Below the pieces are notes generated by a model, which saw only the letters and a list, made by a program, of their open reading frames with translations, was not told the origin of the DNA and ran no database searches. A DNA stretch of 64,000 nt from Sphyrna mokarran. Taxonomy: Eukaryota. Position 1 is the stretch's first letter, and each line of letters opens with the position of its first letter. The translations under genes and the position numbers were made by a program. This document shows, one piece after another, positions 51,114 to 64,000 of this stretch. The DNA lies in NCBI GenBank assembly GCA_024679065.1, contig JAGIQG010000008.1, forward strand, positions 82,770,001 to 82,834,000, read 5' to 3'.

Positions 51114-52949
51114 ATGTTTCTTAAATTAACAGTCCACAATGAAGTGAAATCAAAGTTCCTCTAATACAATAACTTCATTTACAATTTCCTTTCAATTTGA
51201 CAATTTAACTTCAGGAGTTTCAGTTTGCTCCAGTTTCACGACTATGTTGATTTAAATCATCACTTCACATGCTTAGATCATGAAAACATTTTGCACTGAT
51301 TTAATTGCATCTACTAGAAGCTATCCTGATGTAGCACTTGGGGAAAAATGTGTATTTAAGGTAAACATTTTTCAGTCTGTATAATCATAGAAATAGATTT
51401 ATTACTATTCTGTGTCTTATTTCAAGGTAGATTTATAGTCATGGTTTGGAGGCCAGACTATATATTTGAAGTAGTGGGGCACTGGAGTGGGATTTCAAGC
51501 TCAAAAGCCACTGCAAGAAAGTGATTTACAAATGTAGCCCTATTAAATGTGGAACATACTGCAATATTACTGCAACTGTGACACGCTTTTCCCCAGTTTA
51601 TAAAAATGAGTTTTGACCTGGATGTTGCTCTGAGAAATCCTTACCTGATTTAATATGCAGGCCTTGAGTGGCATACAAATTAGACCAAGCTCAGCCGATG
51701 TTGGGTTGGCTTGGCTTATGGGACAATCCTAACCTTTCATATTTTCAGCACTTTGATGCTGGAAATGTGAGCTGCAAAATCAGGCAACTGTTGCCAGTGG
51801 TCAGTTTATTCCTGAATTTTTGATGAGCATTCCCCATGTGTGAATTTGTGCATCACAAAAGTTAAAATGAGAGTTTAGCCCCTGGTTAAATGAAACACTG
51901 TGCCCTAAACAATTTCTATTGAATACACAAAGAGCTGAATTCTCTTATTTTGGGACTAAGTGCCAGGAGTGGGAACATGGCATATTTCCTGCTGCAAGTG
52001 GTTGGTGGGAAAACAGGCCAATCCTCTGGTCCTGACATCATTAATTATGCACCCAGGTATTTCACATTGTATTTGGTGATGGGGCAGGCCTGGGTGTCAC
52101 GTTGTCCCCCAACATGTCTGTGTGTCATTTTGAAAAGAATTTAGCATGGTGAGTCCCCCATGCCTACTAACAATCACAATGGCAATGACTCAGTAAGATT
52201 TCACACCTTGGGTGTCCTTTCAGAATCTAGTTTGCCACGTTTGCTTACATTTTTTGTTTTTTGCGTAAAAATTACAAGTTGAATACTTTCAATTTTGACG
52301 GCGTTTTAGCAGCTAGTCTTCGTTCACTGATTGCAGTTCAGGGAAGAAGCGGAATAGTTTTTGAAGGAATGATGGAAAGATATGCAAGTACTAAAACACT
52401 TCCTGATTTTCAGTGTCAACGGCTCACAAATGAAGTATAGCCAAGTCACACACTGAAACTCCCCTCTTCCTACCCAAAATGCTTTATACAGATGAGCCTT
52501 TTATTTCACACTCTCATATCATTTTAATTTATAGCACGTGCTTATAAGGTCTCACGAGTGATCCTTCAATGGACCACTAAGAAAAGCTGTTAAAAAAATT
52601 ACAGTCAATTCCACATAGGACACTTGTATTCCAAACTGTAACAATCATAAAAGAAACAAAAATAATGCAAAATACATTCAGCAGATTGTTTTTCTTTCTT
52701 CAAAGGAGCACAACAATTTAACTGCATAAATTGGCATGACTAGTTACGTCATTTTGAAAAAACAAGCTGCCTTCAAATAATAGTTTGAACTGGGGAACAT
52801 ATGAATACAACACCTTCACAGAAACAGGCTATTGTGATATTGCACGCGTATTCGCTCAACGTCTGGAAATTAGGAGATTTTCACAATAACTTCAATGCTA
52901 ATCTAAGTCTCTTGCTACACTAATAAATAAACCTTACAAACTTTAACAG

Positions 52950-53425
52950 CGTAGGCCATATAGGCCTTCATGTCTTCTCCTCACCATTCAATATGACCAT
53001 GGCTCTGTTCTTGTATCCCTATATTCCCTTAATGTCAAAATAAAATCTTCCAATTTTCATCTTATTACTGAACGTATTCAATAATGAGAATCCTAAAGTA
53101 GAATATTCTAATGTTTCACAACCATTTTAAATAAAGAAATTTCTCCTGATGTCCTTCCTAAATCAATGACCCCTTATCCTAAGATTATAGCCCATTGTTC
53201 CAGACTCAATAGGCAAGGAGAAACAACCACTCAGCATCTACTTTAAGTCCTCTAAGATATATTTACATTTCAAAGAGGTTGGCTCTCATTCTTCTGAATG
53301 CTAGAGAATAAAGGCTCATTCTACATAGTCTCTCCTCTCATTTCAGTAATCAATCTGGTGCATGTTGTTGCATCCCCTCTATATCCTTCCTTGGATAAGG
53401 AGACCAAAATTCTATACAGTACTCC
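52950..53425 (-). mobile_element. CR1 LINE 3' fragment
   Basis: taggccatataggcc...aagaaatttctcctg...ggagaccaaaattctatacagtactccagat. Confidence 0.75.
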
Positions 53426-53517
53426 AGATATGGAGCAGAGATTTTGTCCCTGGATGGGCCAAGTATGTATGTGGATGGACGGACACAAAAACTTGTGCCT
53501 CCAACTGGTGTGGCAAT

Positions 53518-53848
53518 TCATAGAATCATAGAATGCAGGAGGAGGCCATCCGTCCCATCGAGTCTGCACTGACCACTGTTGCACCCAGGCCCTATCCCCG
53601 TTATTCCATAATCCCATGCGTTTACCCTAGCTAATCCCCCAGCACTAAGAGGCAATTTTAATATGGCCAATCCACCTAATCTGCACATTTTTGGACTTTT
53701 GGAAGAAACCGGAACACCCAGAAGAAACCCACGCAGACACAGCAAGAATATGCAAATTCCAACAGACAGTGATCCAAGCTGGGAATTGAACCTGGGTCCC
53801 TGGTGCTGTGAAGCAGCAGTGTTAACAACTATGCCACACTGCGGCCCC
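53518..53848 (-). mobile_element. Full-length HE1-type V-SINE
   Basis: (catagaat)2 tail, V-domain and head in reverse orientation. Confidence 0.92.
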
Positions 53849-54527
53849 AATTGACTTTAGCATTACAATGGGGGGCCATTTTCCATGGAGAGATCAGAAT
53901 CGGCTATCCACCAGCAAGCAGTCAGTAGTGAATTAGAAATCATTTAAGGTCAATTAAAACTATTGTCAGAGGCCAAGTGAAAATTTTTGATCAGCCTGCA
54001 GACCCCCCCATGAACTAGACCAGCCGCCTGGAGGCTTTGAAGTCCTGTCACCCGGCAGTTGATCTGCCCTCAATCCTGTAGAAGGATTTCTTTTCCACCT
54101 CACTTTGTATTGTCAACATTTTCAGATCATGATTGGTGGAATTATTGCATTTTGAGACTTAATGCAATGGTGAGTAGCTCTGGCAACACTTCTCCCACAG
54201 GCCAGAATGACAGGATCCTGCACCAGGATCAGTGCTTGGAACCAAATTAATTATGTACATTCCACTCTGTGACACCTGACGAGCTGGCAGCTGATTTGGC
54301 CTCCCATCATCAGCTGGCAGGTTTGAGACTCCCAGTCCTCGTCCAGTGTACTCATATCACTCTGTCCAGTCCACCAGACGAAAAAGACTAGCAGCCTCAA
54401 TAAGTCTGTTCCTTTATTCAACCATCCTCCCATCAACTGCAAGGCACCCATTCCCCATCTGGACATCTACCCATTGCATCTGGAGTCTCTGAACCTTCCT
54501 TCAAGTGAATACTTTGGAACTAAGGTT

Positions 54528-54720
54528 CAATTTAGCATGACCAATCCACCTAACCCAGCACATCTTTGCACTATGGGAGGGAAGCAGAGCACCTAGAGGG
54601 AACCCACACAGACATTGGGAGAACATGCAAACTCCATGTAGATAGTTATCCAAGGCCGGAATTGAAACCGGCTCCCCTGCACTGTAAGGCAGTAGTACTA
54701 ACCACTGTTGACCATGTCCT
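54528..54720 (-). mobile_element. HE1-type V-SINE, 5' part
   Basis: caatttagcatgaccaatccacctaac...ggcagtagtactaaccactgt. Confidence 0.85.
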
Positions 54721-55453
54721 TTCATGCTTCATACAATCCAAGAATGTCTATACCGATATGATTTCTCTTTCATAAAGCCATGTTGACTCTGTCTAATGAT
54801 ATTATGATTTTCTAAGTGCCCTGTTAGCCAGATAACAAATACAAATATTTGTTTAATCTCTCTGCCAATTCCTAATTCTCTATTACAGCTTCTCCTACCT
54901 CTGCTTAGAGGGCTCCATGCCTATTCTCGTTAATCTTTTCTTTTTGATATGCAGGCAGTGTCTCACAGCTGGCAAACTCAGAACTAAGATCATGTCATGC
55001 CAAATTGCTCAGGTGGCTTTTTGCTTTGTTTTATTGAATTAAAATTGATGGCACATTACGACAATGAGCCAATTTTAGATAGTTTGAAGATTTTCAATAA
55101 CTGAATTTTAGACACTGCATCAGAAGTTGTTAAACTCTTAAAATCTTGCTTTTATATTTATTTCTATTTGCATTCAAATTCTGTTTTCCCATCCAAGAAA
55201 TTAGTAAAGGATGACTGAAAATTGAAAATCCCTCCCAATCCTCAGGCATACTATTCTTTTAATTTAATTTTATCCTTAGCTTCTCTGGTTACGCATGGTT
55301 TAACCTTTCTTTTCAAAGAGCTTATCACTCAAGGGAATGCATGCTCATTGATAATTATGAATGAATTATTTGAATGTCTACCATCGCTGACTGATTTCCC
55401 AATCTACCTTAGCCAACTTGCCCCTCATACCTACTGTGGTAATTTTTTTAACA

Positions 55454-55680
55454 TTTAACACCCTTTAAGAAGGCAATCCTTTTGAGGGCTATATGATTTG
55501 GTCGAACCTTATGGAAAGGCCATGCGGGAAGGTGAACCCATCGGGAATAAGATATGCATTCTGGGACAGGGAGTCAGGGAAAAGAAGAGAGTAGATGTGT
55601 TTTACAGTTCTGTGAGAAATATATATTTATATATAATAAATCAATTATTATTTGAAGCACAAATGAATCACTTTACTATA
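55454..55680 (+). repeat. 5' LTR of Gypsy element, followed by PBS-like ctggcaacaa
   Basis: Colinear with 60166-60423 (tgagggc, tatgga.aggcca, gggaataag, agagagtag.tgtgtttt, taataaatcaattatta, ctttacta). Confidence 0.8.
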
Positions 55681-58292
55681 CTGGCAACAAAGAAGAGTTA
55701 TTAGTCCATCAGAAGATCACAGTACGCAGTTAAAGTGGGAGGAAAGTAAGCATCGAAGCTACGAAGGACAGGTACATGCACAATATAAAAATGACTTTAA
55801 GATTGAGTAGTTTGACCCAATGTTGACAACTAGCAGCAATATATTGAAAAGCTGCATTATTTCACAGCAGAAGTGAAAAAGGTGATTTTACTCAACCTGT
55901 GGCCTGCAATCTTACACCCTAATGAGGAGTCTAACATTGTCTGATGCTCCAGATACAAAATCTTTTGACCAGATAGTTGAAACGGTCAAAAATCATTTTA
56001 ACTCCCAACCATTCAATTATCATGTTGTGGTATACATTTCATTCTGCAGTCTGGCAGCCAGGGAAATAGTCTCCCATTTTGTGGCCAGATTGAAAGAGTT
56101 AATAAAGTTCTGTGAATTCAGCTCATCTTTAGTGGAAATATGAGACTATTTCGTCTGCAGGATCAACAGCCTTACAATCTAGACGAGACTGTGGGCTGAT
56201 AGTAAAAATCTCTTTAGAAGATGCCATAATGGTGGCCCCTGGGCATGATGTAAGTGAATTACAAGGTGTGCCCAATGAGCTGAACTGGTTGTGGTGAGAA
56301 ACAGCCCCAGTAAGGTCACAGCAGAGTCCGAGATGAGTGGCACATCACTGGGGGTAAAAATTTGTTTCCTCTGTTGAGGAGAGCATGCCCAAGAAGTTAT
56401 GTACATTTCTGCTGTAAAAGGAAGTGTCATTTACAAGCATTGTGCAAAATGTAGTAGGCAGGACAGAACACGCAAAAGAAAATGACAGTTAGTTTAACGC
56501 TGTTAAATAAACTGAATATGGAGCCCAATAGGGAATCCGAATCCTATATTCTAAACCAGGTCCAACTCAATAAGATGCCTTCTATAAAAATAGCCTTAAT
56601 GATCAATGGCAGATCGCTTAAAAATTTTTTAAACACAGGAGCCATAATCACAAGAGAACAAACATTCTGATACCTTGAAAAAGATCCACAACTCTTATGA
56701 CTAAGTAATTCAGGAGCCATTTTGTCTACTTATAAAGGGGAGATACTGAAGATGGTAAAGTCAGTTACAATTGTGTACCAATAAGGAATTGGGAAGAACA
56801 AAAGGGGCTAAACCAGAATTTATTTGAAGGCCGAGGCAATACTTCAGTTTTTTCGGGTCCACCCAGTGCCTTATGCATTTCATTGTAATGTAGAAGTGGA
56901 GGTAGGAGGATTGGAAAACTTATGAGTCATAAAACCTGTACAGTTTTCTGTACCTATAATCTCTATTCTAAAAAACCAGATTGCACTGCAAAAATCAATG
57001 GGATTGTAAACTAACAGTACATTGAGGAGCTCAGATAGCCAGATGCACCATTCCGAGAACTGAGGACTGCTATGCCACATTAACAGGGTGTATTACATAC
57101 ATCAAGTTAGATCTCAGTATACTACCAGTAACTGGAGCTGGATGAAGATTCTAGTGGTTAGTTACCATCAACACCCACAAAAGGTTATACCAAAATACAT
57201 GTTTACCATTTGGAATCTCATTGACCTACGCATTTTCCAGTGTACAACGGAAAGTTTATTGCAGGCATTCCTACATTAGTAATGTACCTGGATGATGTCA
57301 TAATTATGGGAGTATTCCCTGAGGAGAACCAGGCAAACGTTGAGGAGGTTCTCAGAAGATTTAGAGAAGTGAGCATGCATTTGAAATGTGAGAAATGCAC
57401 TTTGTAGGTGGATGAAATTACGTACCTGGGTTTCAGGGTACTAATGTCTACACCTTTTGGAGTATAAAGTTACAGCCATAAAGGAACTAACACAACTTAA
57501 AAATATATCAGAGTAAAAATTGTTCCAAGAAATGGTGAGTAATTACAGCAGGTTCTGACAAAAGTGTTTACAATTTAAGCTTTTGAAGAAGTTTCAGTGA
57601 TGGAAATGGGGAGAAACACAAAATGTGGTATTTGCAAAAATAAAGCAAGCCTTTCAGTTGTCAACACTGCTTGCACTTTTGATCTGACCAAACCATTGAT
57701 AATTACCGGTGATGCATCAACATATGGAGTGGGAGCAGTCTTGTCCCACAAGATGTCAGATCGAGTAGGAAGACCAATTGTATTTGCATCAAAACCTCAT
57801 CAGATGGTGAGAAAAGATATTCTCAGGCTGATGAAGTCTGATGTAATTTGTGCAATGAAGGAATTTCATCTAATATATACATATATATAATACAGATATA
57901 TGGCAGACATTTCACCATAGCACCAGATTACTGTCAGCTTATTGCGAGAGGATAAACCAGTGCCACCAATTGCCTATGTGAGGGTGCAGAGATGAGCTCT
58001 AGTGATAGCTGTGTGTAGCTACTCTTTCCAGCACAGGTCAGGGATGCAAATATCAAATGCAGATGCACTCAGTTACCTCCCTCTGCTGCAGACAGTACCA
58101 TCGCCACCTGTACCGCAAGTAATGGTGTTGACGCTGCACCTGATATAGAGCTTACTGGTCTCAGTTACTTGTGTAAAACTTGGACTGAATGGTACCCGGT
58201 GCTATCAAAAGTTAAGATGATGCTGATGCATGGATAGTACTTGATAATTCAGAGCAATTCAGACTTTACCTGCAGTGTATGTGGAGATCACA

Positions 58293-58890
58293 GCAGGGAT
58301 TCTCCCAAAAAAACGAAGTGCTCAACAGGCGGGAAAACGGGAGATTTTCTTGTCCGATTTTTGGGTATACTTAGTTTTACGAATCTCCGCACTCTGTGCT
58401 TCACAGAGTGCCTCAGGGGGAGGGGGGGAATTCATGCTGCTAAGTGGGGGGCAGGGCCTCATTCCGCTAGGGGGGCCAGAATCAGCACACTGAGCAGGCA
58501 CTGTGCATGCACCAGTCAGTGGGGAAATCGGTGCATGAATACTGGCCTCCCTATCGCTGACTTCTCAAACACCCCCTACCACCTACCAACCCCAACCTCC
58601 TCCATCACCGGCTTACCCAACAATCTCCCCACGCACTTAATTGCTGGCCTACCCAAACACCACCCCCCCCAATCTCCCCCGACTGAATCTCTAGTCCCCC
58701 TATTGACTCGAGCTCGCTAGGCTTATTGAAATTGGAATTTCAATATGGTAATCAACTTGCGCTGATTATGTTTGAAAACATTGCCTGGGAGATTCACAAT
58801 CAGCTGGATGTCAGTTGCGAGTCCCATGATAAGCTCCCCACTCATGTCTCCTTGCTCCTGAGCTGTGCAATGGGCCAGAAGAATCGCCTC
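58293..58890. mobile_element. Harbinger-like MITE nested in Gypsy pol
   Basis: Starts gcagggattctcccaaaaaaa and ends agaatcgcc; Gypsy coding resumes immediately after (HENGVLMWGACVI). Confidence 0.65.
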
Positions 58891-60165
58891 CAACATGAGA
58901 ATGGCGTATTAATGTGGGGTGCTTGTGTTATAATGACACTCCAGAATTGAAGGCTTTTACTTTAGGAATTGCACACCCAGACAAATTAGGATGAAAGCAC
59001 CAGACCAATGTTACATTTGGTGACTAAGCATTGATAAATAAAATCGATTGTAAAGCCCAGCAATCATTGCCATCACCAGCAAATATGCATCTATGGGAGT
59101 GGCCAGGTCAGCTGTGGTCAAGACTGCACATAGACTTTGCAGGACCATTCATGGGACACTTGGTTAATGTACATTCTAAATGGCTGGATGTCCAATTGGT
59201 GAAGTCTACAGAGGCCACAGCCACCACTGACAATCATAGTAGATTTTTGCCATCCATGGCATCCCAGAAGTTTTTATATCAGACAACGGCATAGCATTTA
59301 CAATGGAGGAGTTTCAAAAATGTGATAAATCAAATGGTATTTGTCATGTTCAATTAGGCCTTTAGCACCCACGAAGTCTGGTACTGTACAAATAAACTGT
59401 ACAAACCTTCAAATCATCAATGAAAAAGAAAGCTCACAGACCATTCATTGCTGTACTTTTGGCAAGTTTCTTGTTGTCATAGAATACCACACAAATGCAA
59501 CCACAGGGGTTACAGCAGCTGAACTACTCATGGGACATTACCTACTAACCCATTTGGATTTGGTATTTCCAGATTTGGTGCAGAAAGTGGTGGTTAGGCA
59601 AGCTCCTAGAAAGAAAACAAAGGAAAAGGGACAGTGTTTTCCCAATTGATGAATTCATTCTGGCCAGGTGCTTTGCAGGTGGACCAACATAGGCAGCTGA
59701 CAAAATGAAGAAAGAATGGGACCAGTTTTCTACACTGTAGAAGTACAAAGTCACCCTGTAAAAAAGGATGTGGATCATTTGGGGAAGAGAGCAGGGTCTT
59801 ATAGAGGGGCCTAACAAGTGTATTTTGCAGTGGACTCATGTTTGCCAGTTGCTAATCCAGGGATTCCCGTTGTTAATGTTGAACCAAGGCAACCCAAAGT
59901 TTTTGAAACCAAGGAGACAACAGCTGCTGAGGAGGATGTTAACTCCAGATTTCCTTTTGCATCTGCCTGCCCAGATACTTTACTTAGTGAAGGATCCTGA
60001 GTACTGAGTTGAGACGTTCCTCCAGAATCCAGGAGTCTCTAAACTGATTTTGTGTTGAGCTTTTCCCCTGGGGTGTCCCTATGGGGTGTTGCTGTGCCAT
60101 GCCTGTCTAAGTTTAATGATGTTCTTTTTGTTTTATCATTGATGGACTTGGGAGTTAGGGGGAAG

Positions 60166-60423
60166 TGGTAACCTGGCCCCTCTAAGGGGGTGATCTCTGA
60201 GGGCCATGTGATTGAGCTGGACCCTATGGAGAGGCCACACAGGAAGCTGAGCCAATTGGGAATAAGGGCATGTGGCCTGCAATGGGGAGGATCCTTGGTT
60301 GGAGCCAGAGAGGAGAGAGTAGGTGTGTTTTCCAGATCTGTCAGACCCCTTATCTGTATATATAATTGTTAATAAATCAATTATTACTTGAAACCACAAT
60401 GAGTTGCCTTTGACTTTACTACA
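60166..60423 (+). repeat. 3' LTR of Gypsy element, preceded by polypurine tract ggagttagggggaag
   Basis: Begins TG, ends CA, contains AATAAA and is colinear with the 5' LTR. Confidence 0.82.
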
Positions 60424-62199
60424 CCAACATAATTCATTTCATTTAAATTTAAGATCTAATTTTGTAATTGTGAAACTCAACATATTACTTGTCCCTGGAG
60501 ATTCTTTCCAAAAGATTACTAATTAATCTTGTCTAATTACCATGTAACACAACATCTAAAATATTGTGTTTCCTGGTTCATTCCTCAATGTTAGAGGTTT
60601 TATATTTATTATAAACTAATAAAATTCTTTATTTTACACTAATTGGAAGAGTGAACACAATACTGGCAAAGCAACTTATTCCATTTCCCAAATATCTCCA
60701 CATGAACAAAATTATAAAAACATATTACTTTCCGTTCTGATACAGGCTCAACTCATTACACAAATCAACAATCTCTGAACTAACCAGTGTTAATTTTGGA
60801 AAGGCAGTCTTTCACGTCTCATCCTGATTATTTCAGTCTCAGACTCTCTACTTCCAAAACAGAGATGGAGGTGAGGTGGTTGGGGAATGGTTTAGGAGCT
60901 ATGACAGCTCTGGTGATCAATGTAAACTATTCCAACATCAAAGTGTAAACATTTCTAGAAATGTGGGGTGAGCTTTATTGCTTCAAACTGATGATAGCAT
61001 GTGAGAATGCTGAATTCTGAAGCAGTTGACACACCAGGCATACTGATTAATTTGTGCTAAATAATATCCCAGTTAGCTGATATTTCTCAGCATTAGGAAT
61101 GGAATCAAAATTCAATGCAATGTTTTAAAGTCCAACCCCTTCTAGGCTAAATATATGAAAATAAACCTCAAAATATTATAGTTGGATATAGTACTTACCT
61201 ACATCTTTGCTTCTTTAAACTATTCACTCGGAAACAAATTCAATTAGTGATTTCAGTTTGCACAAACTGATTGACTGTTTGATATTTCCTATCTGTCAGT
61301 TTAATGGATATGGCAACCATTTAATACTACACAATGCCAGTGACCGTAATAGTATAATTATTAACCCTGGATTATGCAAGCTAAGAAATGCACTTCTTGA
61401 TCAGAAGCAGCATGAACCTTTCGCTAGCAACATTGTATAATCATCAACAGTAAAACTGTTCAAAAACCAGAACTATAACACCATACAAACAATACAGAGC
61501 ATGCAACTCAGTTCAATTTGATTGCAAACATGTTAGAATTCTTGACACAGGTGGATCTTTTGTATTCTGATCTTTTTAACTAAAATATCTCATTAAGTAC
61601 ATGTGGTCCCAGTTTAGGACCTAATGAACCAAAACAGTCCATGTCAGCTACTTGCTCCCATGAAGACTTCCTGAGTATTTAGTAAATTTAATCCTGGGGT
61701 TTTTTTTTTTATCATCCTTCCTGTATTCCAATGGACAGTTCAAATCCTCCAAACCAGCCCTAAAGCAAATCTGAATCAGAATTTTACCGATTTTCCATAT
61801 GTTGATGCAACTATTATTCAATCTCTTGCATTTGCAAGAAGTAGCACTGACCTCAGTGTAATTGGTAGTTAATTAATGTTATAAATTTCAGGTAACTTGA
61901 CCACTGAAAATGATCGGTTTCAATCTGGTTTGTTCAATCCCTTCGTAATACTAATCAGTGGGGATTCAGAGTCAGTGATCTGCTGAATAAGTAATATTTT
62001 AAAAAAGGAAGCAGGATGGTTAGTCATAGATGCTATTTGTTTTATTATGTTGTTCATTTTGCCTTGTTTACATTCATTTAATGGTATTTTCCATTGAGTT
62101 TATGATTGATAGATATTATTGCTCCCTTTTCAGGTAAATTTTTGCTTCTTTAGTATCTCGATCTTCTTGAGGTTGGTTTCTTAAGGGCTTTTTTTAGGA

Positions 62200-63100
62200 T
62201 ATTGATTTAAGCTTCAGTTTCTGAGATTATAGGATTAATTGTCAAGTGTTCAGTAGGTGGGTTAACAGTGAATTAGAGGTCATTAGATTGACTGCTATCG
62301 CACATGAACTGGGATCCACTGCATGGATATAGATAACCATGTGTACTGGAAGTTTTGTTAGTTGATTGAGTTCAAGCTTAATGGGCTGGAATCACTACTG
62401 TATCTGAGATTCTTAGGATTTTGTTGAACATATATTGGTGTAGAAGGTGCAGGAAGTGAACAAATAAGTGATAACCAAAAAGGTTAGGAGGAAGACATAG
62501 AAAGTATAGGAATCCACTATACCAATAGTATTTGCTAAGTGGTTTTCAGTTTTGGATATGAAGATGTGTGGGCCCTTTGGAGGAATGCAATAAGAAATAA
62601 ACCTTGGCAACATGAGAGATTTAAAATGTACAAGGGAGAAAAGAAAAAGGAGAAATCGGGATGATAGGTAGGGGATTCTGTTACCCAATCATAATTCTGA
62701 AATGGTATAATGCTTCTTTGGAGGCCAGGATAAAGGATCTCACTGAGTGGATATAGGGTATTCTGCAAGGCAAAGAGCCAGAAGTGGTGGACCACATTTG
62801 AACCAATGGCACAGATAGAAAAAAAAGTTTGAGGGTTCTTCAGGCAGATTTTCAGGACTGGGAGAAGACTTAAAAAACAGAATATCCCAGTAACATATTC
62901 TAGTGAGTATAAAACACTTGAGAAGATGGTACAGATAAATGTGTAGTTGATGAAGTTGGTGTTATGATACTGAGCCTTTAAGAAGTACATTTTATCATGT
63001 TTCTTGTAAGGGGTATGTTTCAAATTTAGCTCTTTAATAAGGTGGCAATCTGTTTACAGCAATAGGTAGCTCAAATGTTAAGAATGCTGGATAATGATTG
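62200..63100 (-). mobile_element. Possible old L1/Tx1-like LINE remnant
   Basis: ORF 62413..62688 contains FKSLMLPRFISY, reminiscent of the post-RT KxxxLPRxxY segment of L1/Tx1. Weak. Confidence 0.3.
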
Positions 63101-63199
63101 ATTTTAGCTAATGATGCATTTACAGAGTCAATGCCTTTATGTTTACTTAGGTTTTGCTTGGAGTTTCAGAGTAGGGTTTTGATTAGGTTGATTGACCAG

Positions 63200-64000
63200 C
63201 AACAAAGTTATGTGTTAATGGGAGAAGCTAAGCTTGCAGGTAAGATATGCAGTTTTCTTTCAAAATAGTCAGTTTTCTGTCCCATCCTGAAAAAGCAAGA
63301 GGTATCTTTCTATCTCTTCTCTCTGAAGGCTGCTGCTTGGGATTATCATAAGAAAGGCATCTCTCTCCTTCAAGAGATGTTTAAAAGGCTCCAGGATTGT
63401 TCATGAGGCTGGCACATAAGTCTGGGTTGCCAACTGATTTTGAACAGGAATGTTGTTTGAATTGGAACTCAGAGGGATAGATTAGCAGTTAAGAACTATA
63501 CCTCGTCATATTTAAGTATTGTTCAAATGTTAAATATTAAACTGATTAATTTTAATTAACCTGTTGTTAAATAAAGTTTTTGATAAAAGTTCCCTGTTTG
63601 TCAGTAGAATCACAGCTGAAGTAAAGCATTGTATCCTCAAATTAATGTCAAAATAGCAAATAGCTGGGTTCTAGTGTAACTTCACAATATACTTTAGAAT
63701 TTCTAATCTTTTATCCCAACATGGGGACAACATAAAGGTTTTGGACTCTTGGTGCCTTGAGAAAGGGTCTGGAGGAAGTATAATTAGCACTTGAAGAAAA
63801 CCAGGACCCTTGTTCTTGCTGAGAATTGAACTAGTACTGTTCAGGAGGGAAATAAATTGGGCAGGGGAAGAGGAGCAAGAAACAAGTAGAAATGAGGTCA
63901 GAGAACAAAGATATATAAACAGCTACAAAATTAGAAATATTCAAAAAATTGTAGGAACCGATCTGTGAAAATTGCAAAAGTGATGAAGGCAGTATTAAAC
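63200..64000 (+). mobile_element. Possible LTR and start of another LTR retroelement
   Basis: An AATAAA-containing segment ends ...cccaaca and is followed by tgggga (PBS-like) and purine-rich gag-like sequence. Confidence 0.4.

Larger units (their letters stand above)
55454..60423 (+). mobile_element. Degenerate full-length Gypsy LTR retrotransposon
   Basis: Paired diverged LTRs with a PBS-like and a PPT-like tract. Gag MRSLTLSDAPDTKSFDQIVETVKNHF, protease-like FLNTGA, RT gtacctggatgatgtc (YLDD), RNaseH GDASTYGVGAVLSH, integrase WEWPGQLWSRLHIDFAGPFMG and ATTGVTAAELLMG. Confidence 0.92.

Noticed and set aside
61191-61260. Strong minus-strand donor-like site AG|GTAAGT at ~61198
   Set aside because: The upstream sequence has no SYT7-like peptide and no clear acceptor; isolated donor motifs are expected by chance.
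35289-64000. Upstream SYT7 exon (expected to end ...LVNSLTSEMLM) or alternative linker exons
   Set aside because: No matching translation was found by eye; the exon probably lies beyond the window. A short divergent exon cannot be excluded without RNA data.
1-64000. CRISPR arrays, rRNA genes, prokaryotic operons or defence systems
   Set aside because: No regularly spaced direct repeats or dense ORFs; the sequence is intron-rich vertebrate DNA.

Overview
Eukaryotic genomic DNA, almost certainly from a cartilaginous fish (shark), judged from abundant HE1-type V-SINEs, CR1/L2 LINE debris and shark-type Harbinger elements. The only intact gene is the 3' part of synaptotagmin-7 (SYT7) on the minus strand. 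Five coding exons (35288-35024, 21369-21200, 14501-14387, 9562-9363, 2649-2545) have canonical GT-AG junctions and compatible phases, and encode the end of the linker plus C2A and C2B. A long, repeat-poor 3'UTR follows, with a plausible poly(A) signal near 186-191. No upstream SYT7 exon was found, so it probably lies beyond the window. The introns hold mostly decayed transposons: three Gypsy remnants (one with both LTRs), two Harbinger transposase remnants plus MITE-like derivatives, CR1/L2 fragments, SINEs and Penelope-like terminal pieces. Almost all short ORFs in the track are spurious or TE-derived. Two signals stand out. One is a 122-bp inverted repeat with only 3 mismatches and self-palindromic outer ends (32899-33383). 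The other is a set of minimal hammerhead-ribozyme motifs, including a family of ~300-380 bp palindromic elements with a hammerhead remnant in each arm. Repeat-family names come from my recall of consensus sequences, not from a search, and TE boundaries are approximate.
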